Assembly: GCF_014252415.1 (NCBI RefSeq)
Contig: NZ_CP059223.1
Span: 420,001-452,000 of the forward strand
DNA from: Candidatus Saccharimonadota bacterium
GTDB taxonomy: Bacteria > Bacteroidota > Bacteroidia > Flavobacteriales > Blattabacteriaceae
DNA: 32,000 nt
Direction of reading: 5' to 3'
Made by a program: the position numbers and the translations under genes. Below, in pieces: positions 12,280-20,173 of the stretch (positions are counted from its first letter, which is position 1; every line of letters starts with the position of its first letter). The notes beneath the pieces are model-generated. The model was not told the origin of the DNA. It saw only the letters and a program-made list of their open reading frames with translations, and did no database searches.

Positions 12280-12964
12280 TTAGAAAAACTTTTTGATCAA
12301 GTAAAATACTATAACTCATAGTGGTTGATAAATAAATATTTTTTATATGATAATTATAATTTTTTTTAATAAATTCTTTGACAAATACCATTATATTTTC
12401 TAATAAAAAATTATTAGAAAATGATTTTCTACCAATTGAAGAATGAATAATACCATATTTATCTGATTTAAAAAATACTCTTCCAGAAATAATATTTTTT
12501 ATAGAAATTTCTGGATCTGAAGAAATTGTATTATACTTATTATTTGGCATTAATCCTTTTCTACCTAAAATTTTACTTATCATATTTAATTTATTCATGA
12601 TAGATGGCATAGAAATAACACTATTTATTTTATTATCCCACCATCCTGAATTTATTTTATCTATATAATCTAATCCTACATAAGTAGCACCTACTTTTTT
12701 AGATTCATTTTTTTTATCTTCGGTAACTATGGCTAGTATACAATTTTTTTTACCTGTTCCATGAGGTAAATCAACTATTCCTTTTATATTATTATTTCCT
12801 ATTTTATTATTTTTACAAAGACGAATTGATATATCTACAGATTCATCAAATTTAGCAAAACCAATTTGTTTAATAATTGATAAAGATTCTTCTAAAGAAA
12901 AATTTTTTTTATAAATTTTTGATAAAAATTTTTTTCTATTTTTAGTTAATTTTTTTTTTGACAT
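12266..12964 (-). CDS. rplA: 50S ribosomal protein L1
   Basis: The L1-like N-terminus MSKKKLTKNRKK starts at the ATG at 12964. The ORF track's upstream ATG at 12982 would overlap rplK and add 6 non-conserved residues. Position in the rplKAJL cluster supports the call. Confidence 0.88.
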   Translation of the reverse strand: MSKKKLTKNRKKFLSKIYKKNFSLEESLSIIKQIGFAKFDESVDISIRLCKNNKIGNNNIKGIVDLPHGTGKKNCILAIVTEDKKNESKKVGATYVGLDYIDKINSGWWDNKINSVISMPSIMNKLNMISKILGRKGLMPNNKYNTISSDPEISIKNIISGRVFFKSDKYGIIHSSIGRKSFSNNFLLENIMVFVKEFIKKNYNYHIKNIYLSTTMSYSILLDQKVFLNERK

Positions 12965-12968
12965 AATT

Positions 12969-13397
12969 TTAATAAATTTCAATCCCCATAGATTTTGCTG
13001 TCCCAGTTATTATTGATATAGCACTATCAATAGAAAAACAATTTAAATCACTCATTTTTTTTTCAGCTATTAATTTTATATCATTTAAACTTACTCTTCC
13101 AATTTTAATACGATTAGGCTCTTTAGAGCCTTTTTCTTTTTTTAATATTTCTAATAAAAAAAAAGAAACAGGAGGATTTTTTATTTTAAAAGAAAAAGAT
13201 TTATCATCATATACAGTTATCACAACTGGACAAATGATACCAGATTTATTATTAGTAATTGAGTTATATTGTTTACAAAATTCCATTATATTTACACCAG
13301 AACTTCCTAATATTGGACCAATTGGGGGGGCTGGTGTTGCTTTTCCTCCATTTATTTTTTGAATTTTAATTTTTTTTATAATTTTTTTATTAACCAT
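12969..13397 (-). CDS. rplK: 50S ribosomal protein L11
   Basis: 142 aa with an ATG start. It carries the L11 signature GGKATPAPPIGPILGSSGVNIMEFCKQYN. Confidence 0.93.
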   Translation of the reverse strand: MVNKKIIKKIKIQKINGGKATPAPPIGPILGSSGVNIMEFCKQYNSITNNKSGIICPVVITVYDDKSFSFKIKNPPVSFFLLEILKKEKGSKEPNRIKIGRVSLNDIKLIAEKKMSDLNCFSIDSAISIITGTAKSMGIEIY

Positions 13398-13404
13398 ATA
13401 TACC

Positions 13405-13953
13405 TTAAATTTTTTCTATTTGAGTAAAATTTAATTCTAATGGAGTTTTTCTACCAAATATCAAAACTGCTAATTCTAATTTTTTCTTTTCTTCATTTAT
13501 TTTTTCTATAGTTCCATTAAAACCACTAAATGGTCCATCTATAACTTTAATTGTTTCTCCTACTACAAAAGATACATTCATATTTTCATATGAATTATAT
13601 TCCATTTTTCCTAAAATTTTACTTACTTCTTCTTTTCTCATAGGAACTGGATTTGATCTACTTCCTTTACCTTCTCCTAAAAAAGTTATAACCCCAGGAA
13701 CATTTCTAATAGCATGTAATGCCTCTCCTTCTAAATTTGCCTCTATCATGACATATCCTGGATAATATGCTTTTTCTCTATGAATTTTTTTTCCCTTCCT
13801 AATTTGAAAAATTTTTTCTATCGGAACTAAAATTTTTCCTATTTCATTTTTAAATCCATTATTAATCAATTCACTTTCTATGTAAGATTTTATTTTACTT
13901 TCTTTTCCACTAATGGTTTTAATAACATACCATTTTTTTTTTATATCATTCAT
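13405..13953 (-). CDS. nusG: Transcription termination/antitermination factor NusG
   Basis: 182 aa. It has the NGN domain (KWYVIKTISGKESK...YPGYVMIEA) and a C-terminal KOW motif (GETIKVIDGPFSGFNGTIEKI). The secE-nusG-rplK order is conserved. Confidence 0.92.
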   Translation of the reverse strand: MNDIKKKWYVIKTISGKESKIKSYIESELINNGFKNEIGKILVPIEKIFQIRKGKKIHREKAYYPGYVMIEANLEGEALHAIRNVPGVITFLGEGKGSRSNPVPMRKEEVSKILGKMEYNSYENMNVSFVVGETIKVIDGPFSGFNGTIEKINEEKKKLELAVLIFGRKTPLELNFTQIEKI

Positions 13954-13965
13954 TAGGTAAAAATA

Positions 13966-14151
13966 TTATAAAGAAAAAAATTTTTTTATTAGGAAAATAA
14001 AAAAACCATCTACTCCATATAAAAATATGGATAAAAATACAGAACAAAAAACAATTAATACAGCTGATTCTTGTAATTCATACCATTTAGGCCAAGTAAT
14101 ATAATAAAAAAATTCTTTATAAATCTCATAAAAAAAATTGTTTTTTTTCAT
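13966..14151 (-). CDS. secE: Preprotein translocase subunit SecE
   Basis: 61-aa ORF with a single C-terminal hydrophobic helix (SAVLIVFCSVFLSIFLYGVDGFFIFLI). It occupies the canonical slot between tRNA-Trp and nusG. Confidence 0.8.
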   Translation of the reverse strand: MKKNNFFYEIYKEFFYYITWPKWYELQESAVLIVFCSVFLSIFLYGVDGFFIFLIKKFFSL

Positions 14152-14193
14152 TTTTTTGTAGTAAATATTACATTATCATAATTTTTTAATTAG

Positions 14194-14267
14194 CACGGAT
14201 GGTAAGAATCGAACTTACGACCTTCGGTTTTGGAGACCGACGCTCTGCCTATCTAAGCTACATCCGT
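14194..14267 (-). tRNA. tRNA-Trp (anticodon CCA)
   Basis: 74-nt cloverleaf on the minus strand. Acceptor ACGGATG/CATCCGT, anticodon arm TCGGT-CTCCAAA-ACCGA, T arm GTAAG-TTCGATT-CTTAC, discriminator G. No CCA is encoded. Confidence 0.9.
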
Positions 14268-14282
14268 TTTTTTTATCAAAAT

Positions 14283-15470
14283 TTATTTAATAATATCTAT
14301 TACTTGTCCTGCTCCAACTGTTTTACCTCCTTCTCTAATAGCAAATCTTAATTTATTATTTAAAGCTATAGGTTGATGTAATTTAACTATCATAGTTATA
14401 TTATCTCCTGGCATTACCATATCAATTCCTTTTGGAAGATTAATTTCGCCTGTAACATCTGTTGTTCTCAAATAAAATTGAGGTCTATATTTATTATGAA
14501 AAGGAGTATGTCTACCTCCTTCTTCCTTTGTTAAAATATAGACTTCTGCTTTAAATTCTTGATAAGGTTTTACAGTATTAGGAGATGAAATAACCATTCC
14601 TCTACAAATGTCTTTTTTTTCTATTCCACGTAATAATAATCCTACATTATCTCCAGCTTGTCCCCTATCTAAAATTTTTCTAAACATTTCAACTCCAGTT
14701 ATCGTAGAAGATAATTTATTTTTACCCATACCTATTATTTCTACCGTATCACCAGTGTTAATTATTCCACTTTCTATTCTTCCAGTAGCTACCGTTCCTC
14801 TTCCTGTTATAGTAAAAATATCTTCTATAGGCATTAAAAATGATTTATCCATTTTTCTAATAGGAACAGGAATATATTCATCTAATGTATTCATTAAATC
14901 TTTAATTCGATCTATCCATTTTTTTTCTCCATTTAGTGCTCCTAAAGCAGATCCTTTTATTATAGGTATTTTATTTCCATCATATTCATATTTAGAAAGT
15001 AATTCCCTAATTTCCATTTCTACTAATTCTAATAATTCAGAATCATCTACTTGATCTACTTTGTTGATAAAAACTACGATTTTAGGAACTCCAACCTGAC
15101 GTGCTAATAAAATATGTTCTCTAGTTTGAGGCATAGGTCCGTCTGTAGCAGCGACTACTAAAATAGCTCCATCCATTTGCGCTGCTCCTGTTATCATATT
15201 TTTAATATAATCTGCGTGTCCAGGACAATCTACATGTGCATAATGTCTTTTTAATGTTTCATATTCTACATGAGAGGTATTAATAGTAATTCCTCTAGCT
15301 TTTTCTTCTGGAGCATTATCAATAGCATCAAAACTTTTTTCTTCTGCTAAACCTTCTTCGGATAAAACTTTTGTAATTGCTGCAGTTAATGTAGTTTTAC
15401 CATGATCAACATGCCCTGTAGTACCTATATTTAAATGTGGTTTATCTCTTTTAAATTTTTCTTTTGCCAT
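14283..15470 (-). CDS. tuf: Elongation factor Tu
   Basis: 395 aa with an ATG start. GTPase motifs are [14 protein letters not shown] and NKVD. Identity to EF-Tu is very high throughout. Confidence 0.98.
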   Translation of the reverse strand: MAKEKFKRDKPHLNIGTTGHVDHGKTTLTAAITKVLSEEGLAEEKSFDAIDNAPEEKARGITINTSHVEYETLKRHYAHVDCPGHADYIKNMITGAAQMDGAILVVAATDGPMPQTREHILLARQVGVPKIVVFINKVDQVDDSELLELVEMEIRELLSKYEYDGNKIPIIKGSALGALNGEKKWIDRIKDLMNTLDEYIPVPIRKMDKSFLMPIEDIFTITGRGTVATGRIESGIINTGDTVEIIGMGKNKLSSTITGVEMFRKILDRGQAGDNVGLLLRGIEKKDICRGMVISSPNTVKPYQEFKAEVYILTKEEGGRHTPFHNKYRPQFYLRTTDVTGEINLPKGIDMVMPGDNITMIVKLHQPIALNNKLRFAIREGGKTVGAGQVIDIIK

Positions 15471-15499
15471 AACTATTATTTAAGTTGAGTTCAAATAAA

Positions 15500-15574
<75 letters not shown>

Positions 15575-15599
15575 CAATAATCGTAATTAATTATATTAG

Positions 15600-15673
15600 A
15601 GCGGAAGACGGGATTCGAACCCGCGACATTCAACTTGGAAGGCTGAAGCTCTACCAAACTGAGCTACTTCCGC
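15600..15673 (-). tRNA. tRNA-Gly (anticodon UCC)
   Basis: 74-nt cloverleaf. Acceptor GCGGAAG/CTTCCGC, anticodon arm TCAGC-CTTCCAA-GTTGA, T arm GCGGG-TTCGAAT-CCCGT. Confidence 0.9.
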
Positions 15674-15684
15674 TAAAAAAAATA

Positions 15685-15769
15685 TGGGGAGAGTAGGATT
15701 CGAACCTACGAAGACATTCGTCAACAGATTTACAGTCTGTTCTCGTTAACCAGGCTTGAGTATCTCCCC
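15685..15769 (-). tRNA. tRNA-Tyr (anticodon GUA), class II with long variable arm
   Basis: 85 nt. Acceptor GGGGAGA/TCTCCCC, anticodon arm ACAGA-CTGTAAA-TCTGT, long variable arm, T arm GTAGG-TTCGAAT-CCTAC. Confidence 0.9.
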
Positions 15770-15788
15770 CTCTCTTTTATCAATTTAA

Positions 15789-15862
15789 AGCCGGTAGAGG
15801 GATTCGAACCCACGACCCCGAGATTACAAATCACGTGCTCTAACCATCTGAGCTACACCGGC
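15789..15862 (-). tRNA. tRNA-Thr (anticodon UGU)
   Basis: 74 nt. Acceptor GCCGGTG/TACCGGC, anticodon loop TTTGTAA, T loop TTCGAAT. One U:U mismatch occurs in the anticodon stem and one in the T stem. Confidence 0.87.
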
Positions 15863-15910
15863 AAAAAATTATTATTAATAACACGTAATAATGAAAAAAT
15901 CAATACAATA

Positions 15911-15941
15911 CAAATCTATGGAGATTTTTATAATTATCAAA
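15911..15941 (-). promoter_or_regulatory. Candidate Bacteroidota sigma-A promoter for the tRNA(Thr-Tyr-Gly-Thr)-tuf unit
   Basis: The minus strand reads TTTG-(19 nt)-TAGATTTG. The -33 box is the complement of 15938-15941 and the -7 box the complement of 15911-15918. This exactly matches the published Bacteroides/Flavobacteria consensus TTTG-N19-TAnnTTTG. It lies about 48 nt upstream of the first tRNA of the cluster. Assignment is by motif only. Confidence 0.5.
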
Positions 15942-15964
15942 AATAAATAGATGTTAAAAAAAAT

Positions 15965-16594
15965 TCACTTTATTAATTTTTTTTTTAAAAAAAAAATTGA
16001 AATAATACCAATAGATATAAAAATATCAGATAAATTAAAAATAGGTTTAAAAAATTGAAAATGATATCCTCCAAAAAAAGGAATTACCTTAGGTAAAAAA
16101 AAATCTATTATAGGTAAATAAAACATATCAACAACACATCCTTCCATGAAGGATGAATAACCTTTTTTTAAAAAAAAATTTAATTTAGATACTCCTGAAT
16201 AAGGAATCCATTGTTCATATTCTTTATTGTATGTAGTTCCAGTATCAAATAATACTCCATATAAAAGACTATCTAAAAAATTACCTATAGCACCTGACAA
16301 TATTAAACAAGTAGGTATTGTTAAATCTCTGTTAATATTTTTTTTTTCATTTCTTATATGAAATAATAATATAAATAAAACTAAAATAAATCTAAAAATA
16401 CTTAATAATATTTTTCCGTTATAACCAGAAGAAATTCGTAATCCATACGCCATACCAGGATTTTCTATAAAAAAAATCATGAAAAAAGGAAATATATAAT
16501 ATCCATCCCCTAATTTAAAATGAGTTTTTACATAAATTTTAAGAAATTGATCAACCAATATAATTGGTAAAATTATTAAAAAAATTTTTTTCAA
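15965..16594 (-). CDS. lspA: Lipoprotein signal peptidase (signal peptidase II)
   Basis: 209 aa, polytopic membrane protein. LspA blocks are present: ENPGMAYG, SGAIGNFLDSLLYG, VVDMF. It is immediately downstream of ileS, the classic ileS-lspA linkage. The first codon is TTG, with a stop 3 codons upstream. Confidence 0.85.
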   Translation of the reverse strand: MKKIFLIILPIILVDQFLKIYVKTHFKLGDGYYIFPFFMIFFIENPGMAYGLRISSGYNGKILLSIFRFILVLFILLFHIRNEKKNINRDLTIPTCLILSGAIGNFLDSLLYGVLFDTGTTYNKEYEQWIPYSGVSKLNFFLKKGYSSFMEGCVVDMFYLPIIDFFLPKVIPFFGGYHFQFFKPIFNLSDIFISIGIISIFFLKKKLIK

Positions 16595-16662
16595 AAAATA
16601 TTAATTATATTAAGTTATATGAAAAAATTTTACAAACTTAAACATTTTTATGTTAGTTATTT

Positions 16663-19600
16663 TTAATCTATTTTTTTTAATTTTATAAAAATATGTTGAT
16701 GTTCAATTATAATTTTTGATCCTTCCTCTTTTTTCCATAAAAAAATATTATTAGATAACGTTTCTTTGCATAAAAAGAATTTATTATTATTTATAATAAT
16801 ATTTATATCTTCATTTTGTTTAGTATTAATATAGATTAATATTTTATCTAACACATGACAATTTATTTCTTTTCTTAACTTCTGTATATTTCTAATTAAA
16901 TCTCTAACAATCCCTTCTTCTCTAAGAGATTTTGTTATTCTTAAATTTAAAGCAACTGTTATATTATTATCGAATAATACTGCCCAATTTTTTATATATT
17001 TTGTTACTATTATAACATCTTCTAAATAAATAGAAAATTGTTCTTTTTTTATATTTATAAAAATTTTTTTATTTTTTTCTAAATTATTTATATCAACTTG
17101 TGTTAATCCATTAATAATATTTGAAATTTCCTTAGTTTTTTTTTGAAATTTTTTACCTATAGATCTGTAGTTTGGTTTAATTATTTTAAATAATTCAATA
17201 GTTTTAAAAGATGAAGGAAATTCTATTTTTTTTATATTAGATTCTTTTAAAATAATATTTGATATTTTTTTTAAATGACTATATTTTTCTTTTTTATTGC
17301 AAATAATCATTATATTTTTTAATGGTTGACGAATTTTTATATTATTTTTTTTTCTAATAGAAAGAATCATATTAACTATTTTTTTAGCTAAAAACATTTT
17401 ATATTCTAAATCACTATTAACTAAATTAATGTTATAAATAGGATAAAAACTATGATGAACACTTATGAATTTTTCTTTATTAGTGATAGAATTTAAATTT
17501 ATATAAATAATTTCTGAAAAAAATGGAACTATTGGAGATATAATTTTTGATATATAAATTAAACAATTATAAAGAACTTGATATGCAGAAATTTTACTTT
17601 TTGTATATTTTTCTTTCCAAAATCTTTTTCTACAATATCTTATATACCAATTACTTAATTGATTTATTACAAAAAATGTGACTAAACGAGTTACTTTATT
17701 TGGATTATAATTGTTATAACATTTTTCTGTTTCATTTACTAGAGTATTTAATTCAGAAATTATCCAAAAATCCATATCAGTATAATGACTTAAACAATCT
17801 TTTTCTTTATAAGTAAATCCATCTATATTCGCGTACATAGTAAAAAAAGAGTAAATATTATATAATGTCCCAAAAAATTTTTTAATTACAGTATGAATAC
17901 CATTTATATCAAATTTTAAATTATCCCATGGTTCAGCATTTGAAACAATATACCAACGAATAGCGTCAGGTCCATAATTATCAATTAAATACATTGGATT
18001 TATAGTATTTTTTTTACTTTTTGACATTTTTTGTCCATTTTTATCTAAGATTAATCCAGTAGGAATAACATTTTTATATGAAATAGATTTAAATATAGCA
18101 CTACTAATAGTATGTAAAGAAAAAAACCATCCTCTCGTTTGATCTACTCCTTCTGAAATAAAATCTGAAGGAAATAATATGTTTTTATCTATAAAATTTT
18201 TATTTTCAAATGGATAATGAAATTGTGCATAAGGCATTGATCCAGAATCAAACCATACATCAACTAAATCGGGATCTCTTTTCATTGGTTCTCCTTTAGA
18301 AGAAGTTAATATAACATTATCTAATACATGTTTGTGTAAATCTATATTTTTATAATTTTCATCACTCATATCATTTAATTTGAATTTTTCTAACATATTA
18401 TAAGACATTACCCCACTTTTTATAGATTTTTTTATTTCTATGAATAATTCTTTAATAGATCCTATAACTATTATTTCTTTTTCACTTTTATTTTTCCATA
18501 TAGGCAATGGAGTTCCCCAAAATCTAGATCTAGATAAATTCCAATCCTTTATATTTTTTAACCACGATTCAAATCTATTATTAACTCTATTATAAGAATT
18601 TGAGTACCAATTAATTTTGTTACTTAAATTAATCATTTCATTTTTTATTTTTTCAGTATTAATAAACCATGAATTTAATGGATAATATATAATAGGTTTT
18701 TCTGTTCTCCAACAATGTGGATAAAAGTGTTTATATTTTTCTGATTTAAATATTTTATTTTCTTTTTCTAATAATGAAATTATTTTATTTTCGACAGAAA
18801 ACGTTTCATTTTTATTAGGATTAAATTCTTTTTTTATGTATTTTTCACTTAAACCATGAGGAAAACTTTTTATAAATCGTCCTTGACGATCTACTAAAGG
18901 AATAAATTTATTTTCATGAAAAATAATCATAGAAGGAATATTATATTTTTTAGAAACTAAAAAATCTTCAAAACCAAAAGTTGGAGATATATGAACAATT
19001 CCTGTTCCTTCATTCACATCTACAAAATCACCATTAATAACTTTAAAAGCCTTATCATAATTATGATAAGGTTTAAACCATGAAAGTAATTGTTCATATT
19101 TACTGTTAATTAAATCTTCCCCTTTTAATTGACATATTATATAATATGGAATTTTATCTTTTTTATTATATGATTTTATATAATTATCATTCGGTACAAT
19201 AAAATATTTACTTGGTTGAAGTATTTTATTAATTGATTTTTTAGAAAAAATTAAATTTTCTTTTTTATCATTATTAATATTATAAATTTTTACTAAAAAA
19301 TAATCTATATTTGATCCAATAGATAATGCTGTATTTGATGGTAATGTCCATGGACTTGTTGTCCATGATAAAAAATAGATATCTCCTGTAACATTTTTTA
19401 TATTATTTGGTAATGTATTTTTTATTGATTTAAATTTTACAATAGGAGATATTTGTTCTACTTTTTTATAAGTACCTGGCATATTTAGTTCGTGATAACT
19501 TAATCCAGTACCAGCACATGGAGAATATGGTTGAACTATATATCCTTTATAAATAAAATCTTTTTTATATAATTTTTTTATTATCCACCATACACTTTCT

Positions 19601-20091
19601 ATATATTTTGAATCAAAAGTTTTAAACGGTTTATTTAAATCAATCCAATACCCTATTTTTTTTGTAAATTCTACCCAATTTTTAAGAGATTTATTAACAA
19701 ATTTTTTACATATTTTATTATAATCATTTATGCTAATTTTTTTTCCTATATCATTTTTATTTATCCCTATTTTTTTTTCTACATTAATTTCAACTGGTAA
19801 TCCATGTGTATCCCATCCAGATTTTCTAAATACAATTTTTCCTTTTAAAGAATGATATCTACAAAAAATATCTTTTATTGTTCTTGATAAGACATGATGT
19901 ATCCCAGGGTCTCCATTTAATGACGGAGGACCTTCATATAATACATATTTAGAACAACTTTTATTATTAATATTTTTCCAAAAATTATTCTGAATTTTTG
20001 GAAAAATATTATAATTTTCCCAAAATGTTTCAATATTTTTAGACATTTTTTTTAAATCTAATTCTTTATATTCTAGAAATTTTCCTGACAT
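16663..20091 (-). CDS. ileS: Isoleucyl-tRNA synthetase (long, type-2 / Bacteroidota-like form)
   Basis: 1142 aa with an ATG start. Class I motifs are present: PSLNGDPGIHHVLSRTIKD (HIGH-type) and GQKMSKSKKN (KMSKS). The editing-domain block is WTTSPWTLPSNTA. Confidence 0.95.
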   Translation of the reverse strand: MSGKFLEYKELDLKKMSKNIETFWENYNIFPKIQNNFWKNINNKSCSKYVLYEGPPSLNGDPGIHHVLSRTIKDIFCRYHSLKGKIVFRKSGWDTHGLPVEINVEKKIGINKNDIGKKISINDYNKICKKFVNKSLKNWVEFTKKIGYWIDLNKPFKTFDSKYIESVWWIIKKLYKKDFIYKGYIVQPYSPCAGTGLSYHELNMPGTYKKVEQISPIVKFKSIKNTLPNNIKNVTGDIYFLSWTTSPWTLPSNTALSIGSNIDYFLVKIYNINNDKKENLIFSKKSINKILQPSKYFIVPNDNYIKSYNKKDKIPYYIICQLKGEDLINSKYEQLLSWFKPYHNYDKAFKVINGDFVDVNEGTGIVHISPTFGFEDFLVSKKYNIPSMIIFHENKFIPLVDRQGRFIKSFPHGLSEKYIKKEFNPNKNETFSVENKIISLLEKENKIFKSEKYKHFYPHCWRTEKPIIYYPLNSWFINTEKIKNEMINLSNKINWYSNSYNRVNNRFESWLKNIKDWNLSRSRFWGTPLPIWKNKSEKEIIVIGSIKELFIEIKKSIKSGVMSYNMLEKFKLNDMSDENYKNIDLHKHVLDNVILTSSKGEPMKRDPDLVDVWFDSGSMPYAQFHYPFENKNFIDKNILFPSDFISEGVDQTRGWFFSLHTISSAIFKSISYKNVIPTGLILDKNGQKMSKSKKNTINPMYLIDNYGPDAIRWYIVSNAEPWDNLKFDINGIHTVIKKFFGTLYNIYSFFTMYANIDGFTYKEKDCLSHYTDMDFWIISELNTLVNETEKCYNNYNPNKVTRLVTFFVINQLSNWYIRYCRKRFWKEKYTKSKISAYQVLYNCLIYISKIISPIVPFFSEIIYINLNSITNKEKFISVHHSFYPIYNINLVNSDLEYKMFLAKKIVNMILSIRKKNNIKIRQPLKNIMIICNKKEKYSHLKKISNIILKESNIKKIEFPSSFKTIELFKIIKPNYRSIGKKFQKKTKEISNIINGLTQVDINNLEKNKKIFINIKKEQFSIYLEDVIIVTKYIKNWAVLFDNNITVALNLRITKSLREEGIVRDLIRNIQKLRKEINCHVLDKILIYINTKQNEDINIIINNNKFFLCKETLSNNIFLWKKEEGSKIIIEHQHIFIKLKKID

Positions 20092-20173
20092 AGAAATTTT
20101 TAGTTATTTATAATTAAAAAAATTTTATTAAAATTCAATCTAGCTTGAATAGATAAAAACATATTACTTTTAA

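Noticed and set aside
12965-12982. Upstream ATG (12982) for rplA and TTG (29259) for accA as used by the ORF track
   Set aside because: The extra residues (MKFIKI, MILNYFN) precede N-termini that already align with the L1 and AccA family starts ([17 protein letters not shown]). They would also create overlaps with rplK and sdhB. Internal ATGs are preferred, though the longer forms cannot be excluded.
14194-14267. Possible UGA-to-Trp recoding, as seen in some tiny AT-rich symbiont genomes
   Set aside because: The tRNA-Trp anticodon is CCA, not UCA. All housekeeping ORFs in the window are full length under the standard code, and several terminate at TGA (sdhB, lspA).
14608-15054. 148-aa ORF on the plus strand inside tuf
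   Set aside because: It is antisense to tuf, and its composition (S/P/I/L/F-rich) mirrors EF-Tu codons. There is no independent start context or motif. Shadow ORF.
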